Shown piece after piece: positions 18,242 through 27,415 of a stretch of DNA of 64,000 nucleotides (its first letter is position 1; every line of letters begins with the position of its first letter). The position numbers and the translations under genes were made by a program. Under the pieces are notes generated by a model. That model searched no databases. It was not told the DNA's origin and worked only from the letters and a program-made list of their open reading frames with translations. This DNA comes from an uncultured Actinomycetes bacterium (GTDB lineage Bacteria > Actinomycetota > Actinomycetes > Streptosporangiales > Streptosporangiaceae), in the NCBI GenBank assembly GCA_963742795.1, contig CAVUNL010000010.1:82827-146826 (forward strand), in the 5' to 3' direction.

Positions 18242-19168
18242 GTGGTCATGAACGCGCCCCGCATCGCGGTCGGGCCCGAGCCTGCGCCCTGGGCCGCGGA
18301 GGCGATCCGCAGCGGTGGCGGGCAGGTCGTCCCGCTGGACCAGGACCCCGAGGGGCTGGTCTGGACGGACGGCGACGCCATGGACGCCCTGCGCTCCGTG
18401 CTGGCCGCCCGGCCGAAGATCACCTGGGTCCAGCTGCCGCAGGCCGGGGTGGAGCGAGCGTTCCAGGCCGGGGCGGTCGACCCGCAGCGGCGCTGGACCT
18501 CGGCCAAGGGCGCGTTCGCCGAACCGGTCGCCGAGCACGCGCTCGCGCTGACCCTGGCCGGCCTGCGCCTGCTGAAGGTCCGGGCCCGGGCCCGGACCTG
18601 GGGCCAGCCAGCCGGGGAGACCCTGTTCGGTCAGCCTGTCACCATCCTCGGCGCGGGCGGCATCGCCGCTGTGCTGATGCGCCTGCTTGAGCCGTTCGGG
18701 ACCCCGGTCACCGTCGTCCGGCGGCACCCCGAACCCGTATCCGGTGCTGTCCGGACGGTCACCACCGACCGGCTGACCGACGTCCTGCCCGGCGCGCGGG
18801 CCGTCGTGGTCACGCTGGCGCTCACCCCGCAGACCCGGGGCCTGATCGGCCGGGCGGAGCTGGCCGCCATGGCGCCGGACGCCTGGCTGGTCAACGTGGC
18901 CCGCGGCGGCGTGGTCGACACCGAGGCCCTGGTCGACGCCCTGCGCGCGGGCCAGATCGGCGGCGCGGCCCTGGACGTGACCGACCCGGAGCCGCTTCCG
19001 GCCGGCCACCCGCTCTGGGACCTGGACAACTGCCTCATCACGCCGCATACCGCCGACACCGAGGAGATGACCCAGCCCCTGCTGGCCCGCCGGATCACCG
19101 AGAACGTCCGGCGCCTGGCCGCCGGAACCGAACTCCTCGGGCTGCTCGACCCAGGCCAAGGCTACTGA
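18242..19168 (+). CDS. D-isomer-specific 2-hydroxyacid dehydrogenase family protein
   Basis: GAGGIAA NAD-binding site, LVNVARGGVVD and ALDVTDPEPLPAGHPLW...TPHTA. Confidence 0.8.
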   Translation: MVMNAPRIAVGPEPAPWAAEAIRSGGGQVVPLDQDPEGLVWTDGDAMDALRSVLAARPKITWVQLPQAGVERAFQAGAVDPQRRWTSAKGAFAEPVAEHALALTLAGLRLLKVRARARTWGQPAGETLFGQPVTILGAGGIAAVLMRLLEPFGTPVTVVRRHPEPVSGAVRTVTTDRLTDVLPGARAVVVTLALTPQTRGLIGRAELAAMAPDAWLVNVARGGVVDTEALVDALRAGQIGGAALDVTDPEPLPAGHPLWDLDNCLITPHTADTEEMTQPLLARRITENVRRLAAGTELLGLLDPGQGY

Positions 19169-19181
19169 GGAGCGACTGAGG

Positions 19182-19535
19182 CTACAGAATGGCGGCCAGC
19201 GACTCGGCGATGGCGGCCGCCGCGGCCGCGGCCTGGGTCTCCGGCAGCAGCGCGTAACCGCAGACCAGCGCCCGCCGGTGCAGCGGCGCCGTGCTGAACT
19301 GGCCCAGTACGTCCACGGCCAGGCCCGCCTCGGCCAGGCGCCGCTGCACTTCGGCCTCGTCGGCACCCGGCGGCAGGTCGGCGACCAGGTGCAGCCCCGC
19401 GTCCACGCCGGTGATCCGCAGCCCCATCGAGCGCAGTCCCGCGATCAGCGCGCGCCGGCGGCCCGCGTAGGTCCGCGCCGCCCGGGCCAGGTGAGAGGCC
19501 AGGTGCCCGGCGGCAATGAAGTGCCGGCGCGCCGA
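19182..19535 (-). pseudogene. 3' remnant of a MocR/GntR-type PLP-dependent regulator (aminotransferase-domain C-terminus only)
   Basis: FIAAGHLASHLARAARTYAGRRRALIAGL...GLHLVADLP...LVCGYALL. There is no HTH or PLP-lysine region, and the upstream ORF sequence looks non-coding. Confidence 0.55.
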
Positions 19536-19559
19536 GATCCGCGCCACGCGCCGCCGCGA

Positions 19560-19797
19560 ACTGGCCGCCACCATGGTGCTGGCCATGCCGATCCAGGACT
19601 GGTCGCTGAAGATCTCGGGCGCCTGGCCCACCGACCCCGCCGACGATGTGGCGGGCAGCACCTGGGCCGGCGTCATCCCCTTCCGTGTCCAGTACGGCGA
19701 CCCGCAGCCCGCTCCCGACCTGCGCGCGGGCATCGGTGTCCCCGCGTCGGTCCGCGCCCTCACCCACGCGCTCACCCGAGAGGGGATCACGTCCTGA
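19560..19797 (+). pseudogene. 3' remnant of a pyridoxamine-5'-phosphate-oxidase-like (PPOX class) protein
   Basis: WSLKISGAWPTDPADDVAGSTWAGVIPFRVQYGDPQPAPDL...VPASV resembles the C-terminus of this family. The N-terminal FMN-binding part is absent. Confidence 0.45.
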
Positions 19798-19914
19798 CTG
19801 AGGAGGAGTGGCTCGAGCTGTGGGCCGGCCACGAGCAGTACCCTCAGTGAAGGCGCGTCCATTCCGTTATAGAGCATCTTGAACCTGCGGTCCCGGGAGC
19901 ACGTGGTGACAGGT

Positions 19915-20748
19915 ATGGGGAGCCATGAGGGGTCGTCGCGGCCCCGGCGGTCCTGGCTAGGGATCGTCGGGGCAGCACTGCTGGTCGCGTCGGGTGCCAT
20001 TCACCTTGACCTGTACCTGACCGGTTACCGGACCATACCGACCATCGGCCCGCTGTTCCTGCTGCAGGTGATCGCCGCGTTCGTCCTGGCCGCCGCGATC
20101 CTGATCACCGGCAACTGGGTGGCCGAGGCGGCCGGCGCCTTGTTCGCGGTGAGCGTGCTGGGCGGCTACCTGCTGTCGCTGTGGGTGGGCCTGTTCGGCT
20201 TCACCGAGGTGCGCACCGCGGCCGGGATCTGGGCCGGGATCATCGACGTCGCCGCCTTCGCCACGCTGGCCGTCGCCGCCGCGCCCGGCCTGCCGTCCGC
20301 CTTGAACCTCGGCCGCCGCCTGCTGCCCGCGGTCGCGGTCGCCTCGGTCGTCGCGCTCGCGCTGCTCTTCGCGGCCGTCGCCACACCCAAGAGCCAGCCC
20401 GTGGCGACCGGCCCGGACGTCCTGAAGGCCCGGACCATCGGCGGGGTCAACCTGCTCACCAACTCCCGGGGGCTCACCGTGTACTGGTTCGCCCCGGACA
20501 CCTCGACCAAATCGGCCTGCTACGGCAGCTGCGCCGCCTACTGGCCCCCGGTGACCGGAACCCCGTCGGCCGGGCCCGGCGTCACCGGCACGCTCGGCAC
20601 TATCACCCGGACCGACGGCACCAAGCAGGCCACCTACGACGGCCATCCGCTGTATACCTATGTCGCCGACAGCGCGCCCGGCTCGGCCAGCGGCAACAAC
20701 ATCAACCTGAACGGCGGCCTGTGGCACGACGTGCCCATCACGGGATAA
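19915..20748 (+). CDS. Membrane protein (about 4 TM) with a C-terminal COG4315-like secreted-repeat domain
   Basis: TM helices followed by CYGSCAAYWPPV...ATYDGHPLYTYVADSAPGSASGNN...GLWHDV. Confidence 0.6.
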   Translation: MGSHEGSSRPRRSWLGIVGAALLVASGAIHLDLYLTGYRTIPTIGPLFLLQVIAAFVLAAAILITGNWVAEAAGALFAVSVLGGYLLSLWVGLFGFTEVRTAAGIWAGIIDVAAFATLAVAAAPGLPSALNLGRRLLPAVAVASVVALALLFAAVATPKSQPVATGPDVLKARTIGGVNLLTNSRGLTVYWFAPDTSTKSACYGSCAAYWPPVTGTPSAGPGVTGTLGTITRTDGTKQATYDGHPLYTYVADSAPGSASGNNINLNGGLWHDVPITG

Positions 20749-20808
20749 TGGCCTGACCCCACCCGAGGAGGGTCAGCATTTCCGGTCAGACCGGAGAATA
20801 CTTTTCTG

Positions 20809-20823
20809 CCGAACGGACCGTGG
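20809..20823 (+). repeat. Dispersed motif copy 2 (CCGAACGGACCGTGG)
   Basis: Exact 15-mer preceded by CTTTTCTG. It overlaps the 5' arm of a GC hairpin (20820..20840), between convergent genes. Confidence 0.8.
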
Positions 20824-20850
20824 CGCGGGCCCCGCGCCACGCAACGACGC

Positions 20851-21678
20851 CTAGCCGTCCTTCTCCGCGACGCACTGGTTCACGCACTCGCCCAGGCCCT
20901 CGATCCACGTCCGCAGCACATTGCCGGGCTGCAGGTAGACGGGAGGCTTGCGGGCGTTGCCCACCCCGCCCGGCGTGCCGGTCGCGATCAGGTCGCCGGG
21001 TCGCAAGGTAACCGCCTGGCTCGCGTAGGCGACGATCTCCGCCGCGCCGAATAGCAGGTCCGAGGTCCGCGACTGCTGCATGACCACCCCGTCGACCTCG
21101 CACCTGACCTCCAGGTCCGGCGCGCTCCCGGTCTCGTCCGCGGTGACCAGGTAGGGCCCGGCCGGCGTGGTGCGCTCGAACATCTTGCCCTGCAGCCACT
21201 GCAGGGTCCGGGACTGCCAGTCCCGCATCGACACGTCGTTGACCACCGTGTACCCGGCGATGGCGGCCTCGCCTTCGGCCGCCGTGGCCCGGTACACCGG
21301 CCGGCCGATGATCACGCCGAGCTCGACCTCCCAGTCGACCTTCTCGCTCACCGACGGCAGCACCAGGTCATCCCGCGCGCCGGTCAGGGTGTCGGCGAAC
21401 TTGGCGAACAGCGTCGGGTACTGCGGCAGGTCCCGCCCGGTCTCCAGGATGTGCGCCCGGTAGTTCAGCCCCACGCAGATGATCTTGCCCGGCCGCGGCA
21501 CGACCGGCGCGAAGTCCGCCTCGGCGGCCGGCACCGGCGCCGCGCCCTCCCGCGGCCGCCCGAGCCCGCCCGCGGCGAGCACCTCGCCCACGTCAGCCGC
21601 GTCCAGCGGGACCAGCACGTCCCCGTCCAGCCGCGCCGCGGTCGTCCCGTACTCAGTCCGGATGGTGGCCAGTCGCAT
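20851..21678 (-). CDS. Fumarylacetoacetate hydrolase (FAH) family protein
   Basis: KIICVGLNYRAHILE and a typical FAH fold sequence through to the C-terminus. Confidence 0.85.
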   Translation of the reverse strand: MRLATIRTEYGTTAARLDGDVLVPLDAADVGEVLAAGGLGRPREGAAPVPAAEADFAPVVPRPGKIICVGLNYRAHILETGRDLPQYPTLFAKFADTLTGARDDLVLPSVSEKVDWEVELGVIIGRPVYRATAAEGEAAIAGYTVVNDVSMRDWQSRTLQWLQGKMFERTTPAGPYLVTADETGSAPDLEVRCEVDGVVMQQSRTSDLLFGAAEIVAYASQAVTLRPGDLIATGTPGGVGNARKPPVYLQPGNVLRTWIEGLGECVNQCVAEKDG

Positions 21679-21747
21679 AGCGCCGAGGATAGCGTGCCCC
21701 CTCGCGGCCCAGGCTCAGGGGCGCTGCGTACGACCGGCCCGGCCGGT

Positions 21748-22386
21748 TCAGGTGGCTGGCTTCCGCGCCCAGTAATCCTGCGCTGCCTTGGAGGCGGCGA
21801 GCGCCTGCGGTGTGCCGAAACCCGGCGCCATCGAGGCGGCCGTCCCCGCCAGCACCTCGTGGTGCTCGATGTTCAGGAGCCGCAGCCAGCTCTGCTGGCC
21901 CATGGTCAGGGCGATGAAGCAGCCGAGCTCGACCAGCTCGGGCTCGGAGAAGTACTGGTAAAGCCGCTCCCACAGCGCATCGTCGGCGTCCAGGTGCCAG
22001 GTGATCGCCTCCGCGTAGGCCAGCGCCGCCTTCTCGCGTTCGCCGAGCCCGGCCGAGCTCTCGAAGTTGAGCAGGTCGTCGTACTGCCCCTCGCTCAGGC
22101 CCTGGGTCCTGGCCTTCTCCGAGCGCTGGTTCCCGCAGTACTCGCATTTCACCGAGCGCGACACGTACACGCGGCATAGCTCCTTGATGGCGTGATCGCA
22201 TACTCCGTCGCGGAAGATCGTCTCCCACGACCGGGCGAAAGCCCAGAAGCAGGCGGGAACGTGCGCGCGCACCGCCGAACTCTCCGGCCGGGGGGTGCCC
22301 TCGCGCATGCACCGGTCCATCTCGGCCCGCATCTCCTCGTCCATCGCCTCGAGCGGCAGGTAGCTGATGCGCTGTTTGCGGTCCAT
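21748..22386 (-). CDS. Carboxymuconolactone decarboxylase (AhpD-like) family protein
   Basis: CEYCGNQRSEKA motif. GGGAGA RBS before the ATG at 22386. Confidence 0.75.
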   Translation of the reverse strand: MDRKQRISYLPLEAMDEEMRAEMDRCMREGTPRPESSAVRAHVPACFWAFARSWETIFRDGVCDHAIKELCRVYVSRSVKCEYCGNQRSEKARTQGLSEGQYDDLLNFESSAGLGEREKAALAYAEAITWHLDADDALWERLYQYFSEPELVELGCFIALTMGQQSWLRLLNIEHHEVLAGTAASMAPGFGTPQALAASKAAQDYWARKPAT

Positions 22387-22497
22387 CGCGTCTCCCTCAA
22401 GCGTCGCCAGCCCGACCACCACAGGCTAACCGGGCCGTCCGCCCTCCGGCACCGTAGCCGAGCCGCGACGGCCCCGCCGTGCACAGCCCGGGCCAGG

Positions 22498-23358
22498 TCA
22501 TGGCCGGGTGGCCGTCCAGATGGTGCGCGTGTTGCGGATGGCCAGGTCCCGGCGCCGCAGGACGCTACCCGGCCCGTCGTCGCCGATCAGCACGTCGAGC
22601 GTGGCCAGGTCGTCGGCGGCCAGCGCGCCGTCCAGATGGCCGCGTACGCGCCGCAGGTAGCCCTGGGCGTAACGGCCCGCGGACCCGGGCAGCGGGGCGC
22701 CTAGCTCGATGCCGAACGCCCGCTCGGCCACGCCCGTGAACCCGGCCCGCGCCACCAGCGGACCCCAGTCCGCGCCCAGGTAGGGCATCGTCCCGGAGTG
22801 GTGCTCGGCCACCGCGGCCTGGGCCCGTGCCTCGAGCCCGGGGCGGCCCAGACCGACGTCGTCGGGCAGGAAGCGCATCGGGGCGGTGCTCTCGGCCACC
22901 GCCAGCAGCCCGCCGGGACGCGTAGCGGCGAAGATGCCCCGCAGCGCCCGGTCCGGGTCGCCCAGGTGGTGCAGGGCCATCGACGTCCAGGTCATGTCCA
23001 CGGGGCCGACCGCCGGCCAGGCCTGGTCCAGGTCGGCCTCGACGGTCTGCACCCGGTCGTCCAGCCCGCGGTCGCGGGCCCTGGCCCGCAGCCGGGCCAG
23101 CAGGTCACCGGATTGATCCACCGCGATCACCTCGGCCCCGGGGAACTGCCTGGCCAGCGCGAGGGCGCCGTTCCCCGTCCCGGACCCGACGTCGAGGATC
23201 CGCCGTACAGGCCGCCCGGCCGCCACCTGGTGGACCCAAGCGATAGCGTCGGACAGATACGCGTGCAGCACCTCGCCGTCCAGATCCAGCAGGTCGGCCA
23301 TGGCCGCCCAGTCGTCGGCGGAGGGGTCGGTGTGGTGATCGTGCAGATGCTGATCCAT
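22498..23358 (-). CDS. Class I SAM-dependent methyltransferase
   Basis: ILDVGSGTGNGALALA motif I and LLAVAE. Only the last 286 codons of the 729-aa track ORF look coding. Confidence 0.8.
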   Translation of the reverse strand: MDQHLHDHHTDPSADDWAAMADLLDLDGEVLHAYLSDAIAWVHQVAAGRPVRRILDVGSGTGNGALALARQFPGAEVIAVDQSGDLLARLRARARDRGLDDRVQTVEADLDQAWPAVGPVDMTWTSMALHHLGDPDRALRGIFAATRPGGLLAVAESTAPMRFLPDDVGLGRPGLEARAQAAVAEHHSGTMPYLGADWGPLVARAGFTGVAERAFGIELGAPLPGSAGRYAQGYLRRVRGHLDGALAADDLATLDVLIGDDGPGSVLRRRDLAIRNTRTIWTATRP

Positions 23359-23508
23359 GCCTGCGACGCTACGCGATTCCTGCAGGCCACGGCGTGATGT
23401 CGTGCGCGGCGCTATCCCGCACGCCATCGGCGCCCACGGCGGCCCCGTCGATGTCCTCGCCATCCTCGACCATGACGGCGACCGCGCCCACATCCGGTCC
23501 CTCCAGAT

Positions 23509-24945
23509 ATGATTCTGCGCACGATGGCAGCCCTGGAACGGGTCCCCGGCAAGGTCGTCGCGGTGCACTCCAGCTACCGGAGCCGCGCGGCCGAGCGCGG
23601 TACGATGCCGGCCTGGCCGTCGTACTTCCTCAAGCCCTCCTCCTCGCTGGCCGAAAGCGGCGATCCGGTCGCGCGCCCGCCCGGCTGCGAACTGCTCGCC
23701 TTCGAGGGCGAGGTGGCGCTGGTCATCGGCCGCCGCGCCCGCCGGGTCCGCCCGGCCGACGGGTGGGACTACGTGGCCCACCTCACCGCCGCGAACGACT
23801 TCGGCGTCTACGACCTGCGTTACGCCGACCGCGGCTCCAACGTCCGCTCCAAGGGGCTCGACGGCTTCACCCCCCTCGGTCCGCGGCTGATCGATGCCCG
23901 GAGCGTCGACCTCTCCAAGCTGCGCCTGCGCACCTGGGTCAACGAGAACCTGGCCCAGGACGCCTGGCCCGCGCAGGACCTGCTGTTCGGCTTCGGCGAC
24001 ATCGTGGCCGACCTGTCCCGCCTGCTCACGCTGGAGCCCGGCGACGTGATCCTCACCGGCACGCCGACCGGCTCGACCGTGGTGACCCCCGGCGACGTGG
24101 TGGACGTCGAGGTCAGCGCGGGGGACCTGTCGTCTGGCCGGCTGCGCAGCCCGATCGTCGAGGCGGACTACCGGCTGGACCCGCCCGGCGCCATGCCCCG
24201 CGCCGACGACGCCGAGCGTCAAGCCGCCTACGGCGCTGCGCACCAGCCCCCCGCACGCCAGCAAGAAATCCTGACCGAGCTCAGCAACGTCTCCACCGCC
24301 ACCTTGTCCGCCGTACTGCGCAAGCGCGGCCTGAACACCCTGACCCTCGACGGCCTGCGCTCCACCCGCCCGGAACAAAAGATGGCCGGCTACGCCCGCA
24401 CGGTCCGCTACCTGCCGCTGCGCGAGGACCTGTCCGCAGCACAAGGACCGATGAACGCCCAGAAGCGCGCGATCGAGGCCATCCGGCCCGGCGAGGTCCT
24501 GGTCATCGAGGCCCGCGGTGAGTCCACCGCGGGCACGATCGGCGACATCCTGGCCCTGCGCGCCCAGGTACGCGGCGCGGCCGGCCTCGTCACCGACGGC
24601 GCGATCCGCGATTCCAAAGCCCTGGCCGGGCTGGACATCCCGGTCTACCACGCCGCCGTCCACCCGGCCGTCCTCGGCCGCCGCCACGTCCCCTGGGAGA
24701 CCGACGTCACCGTGGCCTGCGCCGGGGTCACGATCCAGGCTGGCGACCTCCTGGTCGGCGACGCCGACGGCATAGTCGTGCTGCCCCCCGCAATCGCCGC
24801 CGAGGTGCTGGCCGAAGCCCGCGAGCAGGAGCGCCAGGAAGAGTTCATCGCCGAACGGGTCGCCGTCGGCGAGAGCATCGACGGCCTGTTCCCCCTCCCC
24901 GAGTCCCGCCGCCCCGAGTACGAAGCCTGGCGGGACCGGCCATGA
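23509..24945 (+). CDS. Fusion of an FAH-family (HpaG-like) domain with an RraA/HMG-aldolase-like domain
   Basis: The N-terminal half carries FAH motifs (FEGEVALVIG, GDVILTGTP). The C-terminal half carries RraA-like motifs (GEVLVIEARGESTAGTIGDILA, GLVTDGAIRD). Confidence 0.75.
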   Translation: MILRTMAALERVPGKVVAVHSSYRSRAAERGTMPAWPSYFLKPSSSLAESGDPVARPPGCELLAFEGEVALVIGRRARRVRPADGWDYVAHLTAANDFGVYDLRYADRGSNVRSKGLDGFTPLGPRLIDARSVDLSKLRLRTWVNENLAQDAWPAQDLLFGFGDIVADLSRLLTLEPGDVILTGTPTGSTVVTPGDVVDVEVSAGDLSSGRLRSPIVEADYRLDPPGAMPRADDAERQAAYGAAHQPPARQQEILTELSNVSTATLSAVLRKRGLNTLTLDGLRSTRPEQKMAGYARTVRYLPLREDLSAAQGPMNAQKRAIEAIRPGEVLVIEARGESTAGTIGDILALRAQVRGAAGLVTDGAIRDSKALAGLDIPVYHAAVHPAVLGRRHVPWETDVTVACAGVTIQAGDLLVGDADGIVVLPPAIAAEVLAEAREQERQEEFIAERVAVGESIDGLFPLPESRRPEYEAWRDRP

Positions 24946-26426
24946 CCGTCCCGCCCGGGCTCCTGGGCAAGCTCGAGCATTTCATCGGCGGCGCGCACAC
25001 CCCGAGCGCCGACGGCGCTACGTTCGAGGTCGCCGACCCGGTGACCAACCGGCCGTACGCCACGGTCGCGGCCGGCGCCCCCCAGGACATAGACCACGCC
25101 GTCACCGCAGCCGCCCGCGCCTTCACCGAAGGCCCCTGGCCCCAGCTTCCCTCCCGTGCACGGGCTCGCATCCTGACCAAGATCGCGGACGGGATCGAGG
25201 CCCGTGCCCAGCGGATCGCCGAACTCGAGACGTTCGACACCGGGCTGCCCATCACCCAGGCCCGCGGCCAGGCGGCGCGCGCCGCGGAGAACTTCCGGTT
25301 CTTCGCCGACCTGACCGTGACCCTGCACGAGGACGCCTTCCGGACCAACGAACAGTTCGGCTACGTCATCCGCAAGCCGGCCGGGGTGGCGGGCCTGATC
25401 ACCCCGTGGAACACCCCGTTCATGCTGGAAACCTGGAAGCTGGCCCCCGCCCTGGCCGCGGGGTGCACGGTCGTGCTCAAGCCCGCCGAGTGGACCCCGC
25501 TGTCGGCCAGCCTGCTGCCGGAGATCATGACCGAGGCGGGCCTGCCCGACGGCGCGTTCAACCTGGTCCACGGGATCGGCGAGGTCGCGGGCGCCGCGCT
25601 GGTCGCGCACCCCCGGGTGCCCCGCATCTCGTTCACCGGGGAGACCGGGACCGGCCGCACGATCATGACCGCCGCCGCGCCGCACCTCAAGGGCCTGTCC
25701 ATGGAACTGGGCGGCAAATCGCCGTGCGTCATCTTCGCCGACGCCGACCTGGACCGGGCGATCGATAGTGCCCTGTTCGGCGTGTTCTCTCTGAACGGCG
25801 AGCGGTGTACGGCGGGTTCAAGAATTTTGGCCGAACGTACCATCTATCCCGATCTGGTCACCCGGCTCGCCACCCGGGCCGAACGCATCCGGGTGGGCGA
25901 CCCGTCCGAGGAGGCCACCGAGATCGGGGCGCTGGTGCATCCCGAGCACTACGCCCGGGTGCTGTCCTACGTCCAGGCCGGCCTGGACGAGGGGGCGCGC
26001 CTGGTGGCCGGCGGCTCCCGCCCGCCAACCCAGCCCGCCGGCAACTACCTGTCCGCGACGGTATTCGCCGACGTCGAGCCCTGGATGCGGATCTTCCGCG
26101 AGGAGATCTTCGGCCCGGTGGCGTGCGTCACCCCGTTCGACGGCGAGGCCGACGCGATCGCCCTGGCCAACGACACGTCCTACGGGCTGGCCGCGTACCT
26201 GTGGACTGCGGACCTGGCCCGCGCGCACCGCCTGGCGGGCGCGGTCGAGGCGGGGATGACCTGGATCAACTCGCACAACGTGCGGGACCTGCGGACCCCG
26301 TTCGGCGGGGTCAAGGCCAGCGGGCTCGGCCGCGAGGGCGGCGCGCACAGCCTGGACTTTTACACCGAGTCGCGTATCGTCCACGTCCCCCTGGCCGACA
26401 CCCGCGTCCCCCGCTTCGGAGCCTGA
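24942..26426 (+). CDS. hpaE: NAD-dependent aldehyde dehydrogenase, probably 5-carboxymethyl-2-hydroxymuconate semialdehyde dehydrogenase
   Basis: ALDH motifs ELGGKSP and NGERCTAGSR. Start overlaps the previous stop. Lies directly upstream of hpaD. Confidence 0.8.
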   Translation: MTVPPGLLGKLEHFIGGAHTPSADGATFEVADPVTNRPYATVAAGAPQDIDHAVTAAARAFTEGPWPQLPSRARARILTKIADGIEARAQRIAELETFDTGLPITQARGQAARAAENFRFFADLTVTLHEDAFRTNEQFGYVIRKPAGVAGLITPWNTPFMLETWKLAPALAAGCTVVLKPAEWTPLSASLLPEIMTEAGLPDGAFNLVHGIGEVAGAALVAHPRVPRISFTGETGTGRTIMTAAAPHLKGLSMELGGKSPCVIFADADLDRAIDSALFGVFSLNGERCTAGSRILAERTIYPDLVTRLATRAERIRVGDPSEEATEIGALVHPEHYARVLSYVQAGLDEGARLVAGGSRPPTQPAGNYLSATVFADVEPWMRIFREEIFGPVACVTPFDGEADAIALANDTSYGLAAYLWTADLARAHRLAGAVEAGMTWINSHNVRDLRTPFGGVKASGLGREGGAHSLDFYTESRIVHVPLADTRVPRFGA

Positions 26427-26428
26427 CC

Positions 26429-27415
26429 ATGGTGCCTCCCGACATCGTCCGGGCCGCGTACGCCGAACTGGTCGTCACCGACCTGGAGCGGGCCCGCTGG
26501 TTCTGGGTCGACCTGCTCGGCTTGGTGGTCACCCGTGCCGACGCGGGCGCCCTCTACCTGCGCGGCTATGACGAGCTGACCCACCACAACCTGATCCTGC
26601 GCGAGGGCCGGGAACCCGCCGCCGCCCGGCTCGCGTTCCGGGTCCGGACCGCGGCCGACCTGGACCGGGCCGAGGCGTTCTACGCCGCACTCGGCGCCCG
26701 GACGGCCCGGCTGCCCGCGGGCGTCACGCCCGGGGTGGGGGAGAGCGTCCGGGCGCAGGACCCGCTCGGCTTCACCGTCGAGTTCTTCTTTGCCGCGGAC
26801 CGCCCGCAGCGCCTGCACCAGCGCTACGACCTGCGGCGCGGCGCCGAACCCGCCCGGCTGGACCACTTCAACATCGTCGTGTCCGACGTGCGGGCCGCCT
26901 ACGAGTATTACTCCTCGCTCGGGTTCGGCCTGTCCGAGACCATCGAGGACGGCGACACCCTGTACGCGGCCTGGATGTTCCGCAAGCAGACCGTGCACGA
27001 CGTGGCGTTCACCGGCGGCGACGGCCCGCGGGTGCACCACCTGGGGTTCTTCGCCCACGAGTCGCACCAGGTGCTGCGGATCTGCGACATTCTCGGCGCC
27101 CTGGGCGAGGAGGCCCGCATCGAGCGCGGCCCCGGCCGGCACGGCGTGTCCAACGCCTTCTACGTCTACCTGCGCGACCCCGACGGGCACCGGGTCGAGC
27201 TCTACACCAGCGACTACTTCACCGGCGACCCGGACCATCCCGTGCTGCGCTGGTCCGTCCACGACCCCAGGCGGCGCGACTTCTGGGGCCACCCGGTGAT
27301 CCCCTCCTGGTACACCGAGGCCAGCGCCGTCCTCGACCTGGACGGCCGCCCGCGTCCCCTGCTCCCCGAGCAGCAGCCCGCCGAGGTCAAGGTCGGCGCC
27401 GACGGCTTCAGCTGA
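26429..27415 (+). CDS. hpaD: 3,4-dihydroxyphenylacetate (homoprotocatechuate) 2,3-dioxygenase, type I extradiol
   Basis: Near-colinear similarity, recalled from memory, to the Brevibacterium/Arthrobacter HPCD/MndD enzymes (DHFN, WMFRKQTVHD, IERGPGRHGVSNAFYVYLRDPDGHRVELYT, SWYTEAS). Confidence 0.85.
   Translation: MVPPDIVRAAYAELVVTDLERARWFWVDLLGLVVTRADAGALYLRGYDELTHHNLILREGREPAAARLAFRVRTAADLDRAEAFYAALGARTARLPAGVTPGVGESVRAQDPLGFTVEFFFAADRPQRLHQRYDLRRGAEPARLDHFNIVVSDVRAAYEYYSSLGFGLSETIEDGDTLYAAWMFRKQTVHDVAFTGGDGPRVHHLGFFAHESHQVLRICDILGALGEEARIERGPGRHGVSNAFYVYLRDPDGHRVELYTSDYFTGDPDHPVLRWSVHDPRRRDFWGHPVIPSWYTEASAVLDLDGRPRPLLPEQQPAEVKVGADGFS

Noticed and set aside
19798-19878. Tail peptide TEEEWLELWAGHEQYPQ downstream of the PPOX remnant
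   Set aside because: It looks protein-like but is only about 17 codons long, with no start or RBS of its own and no recognisable family. That is not enough to support it.
22498-24687. 729-aa minus-strand ORF in the track
   Set aside because: Only the last 286 codons (22498-23358) carry methyltransferase motifs. The rest is antisense to the FAH-RraA gene with typical high-GC Gly/Arg/Ala junk composition.
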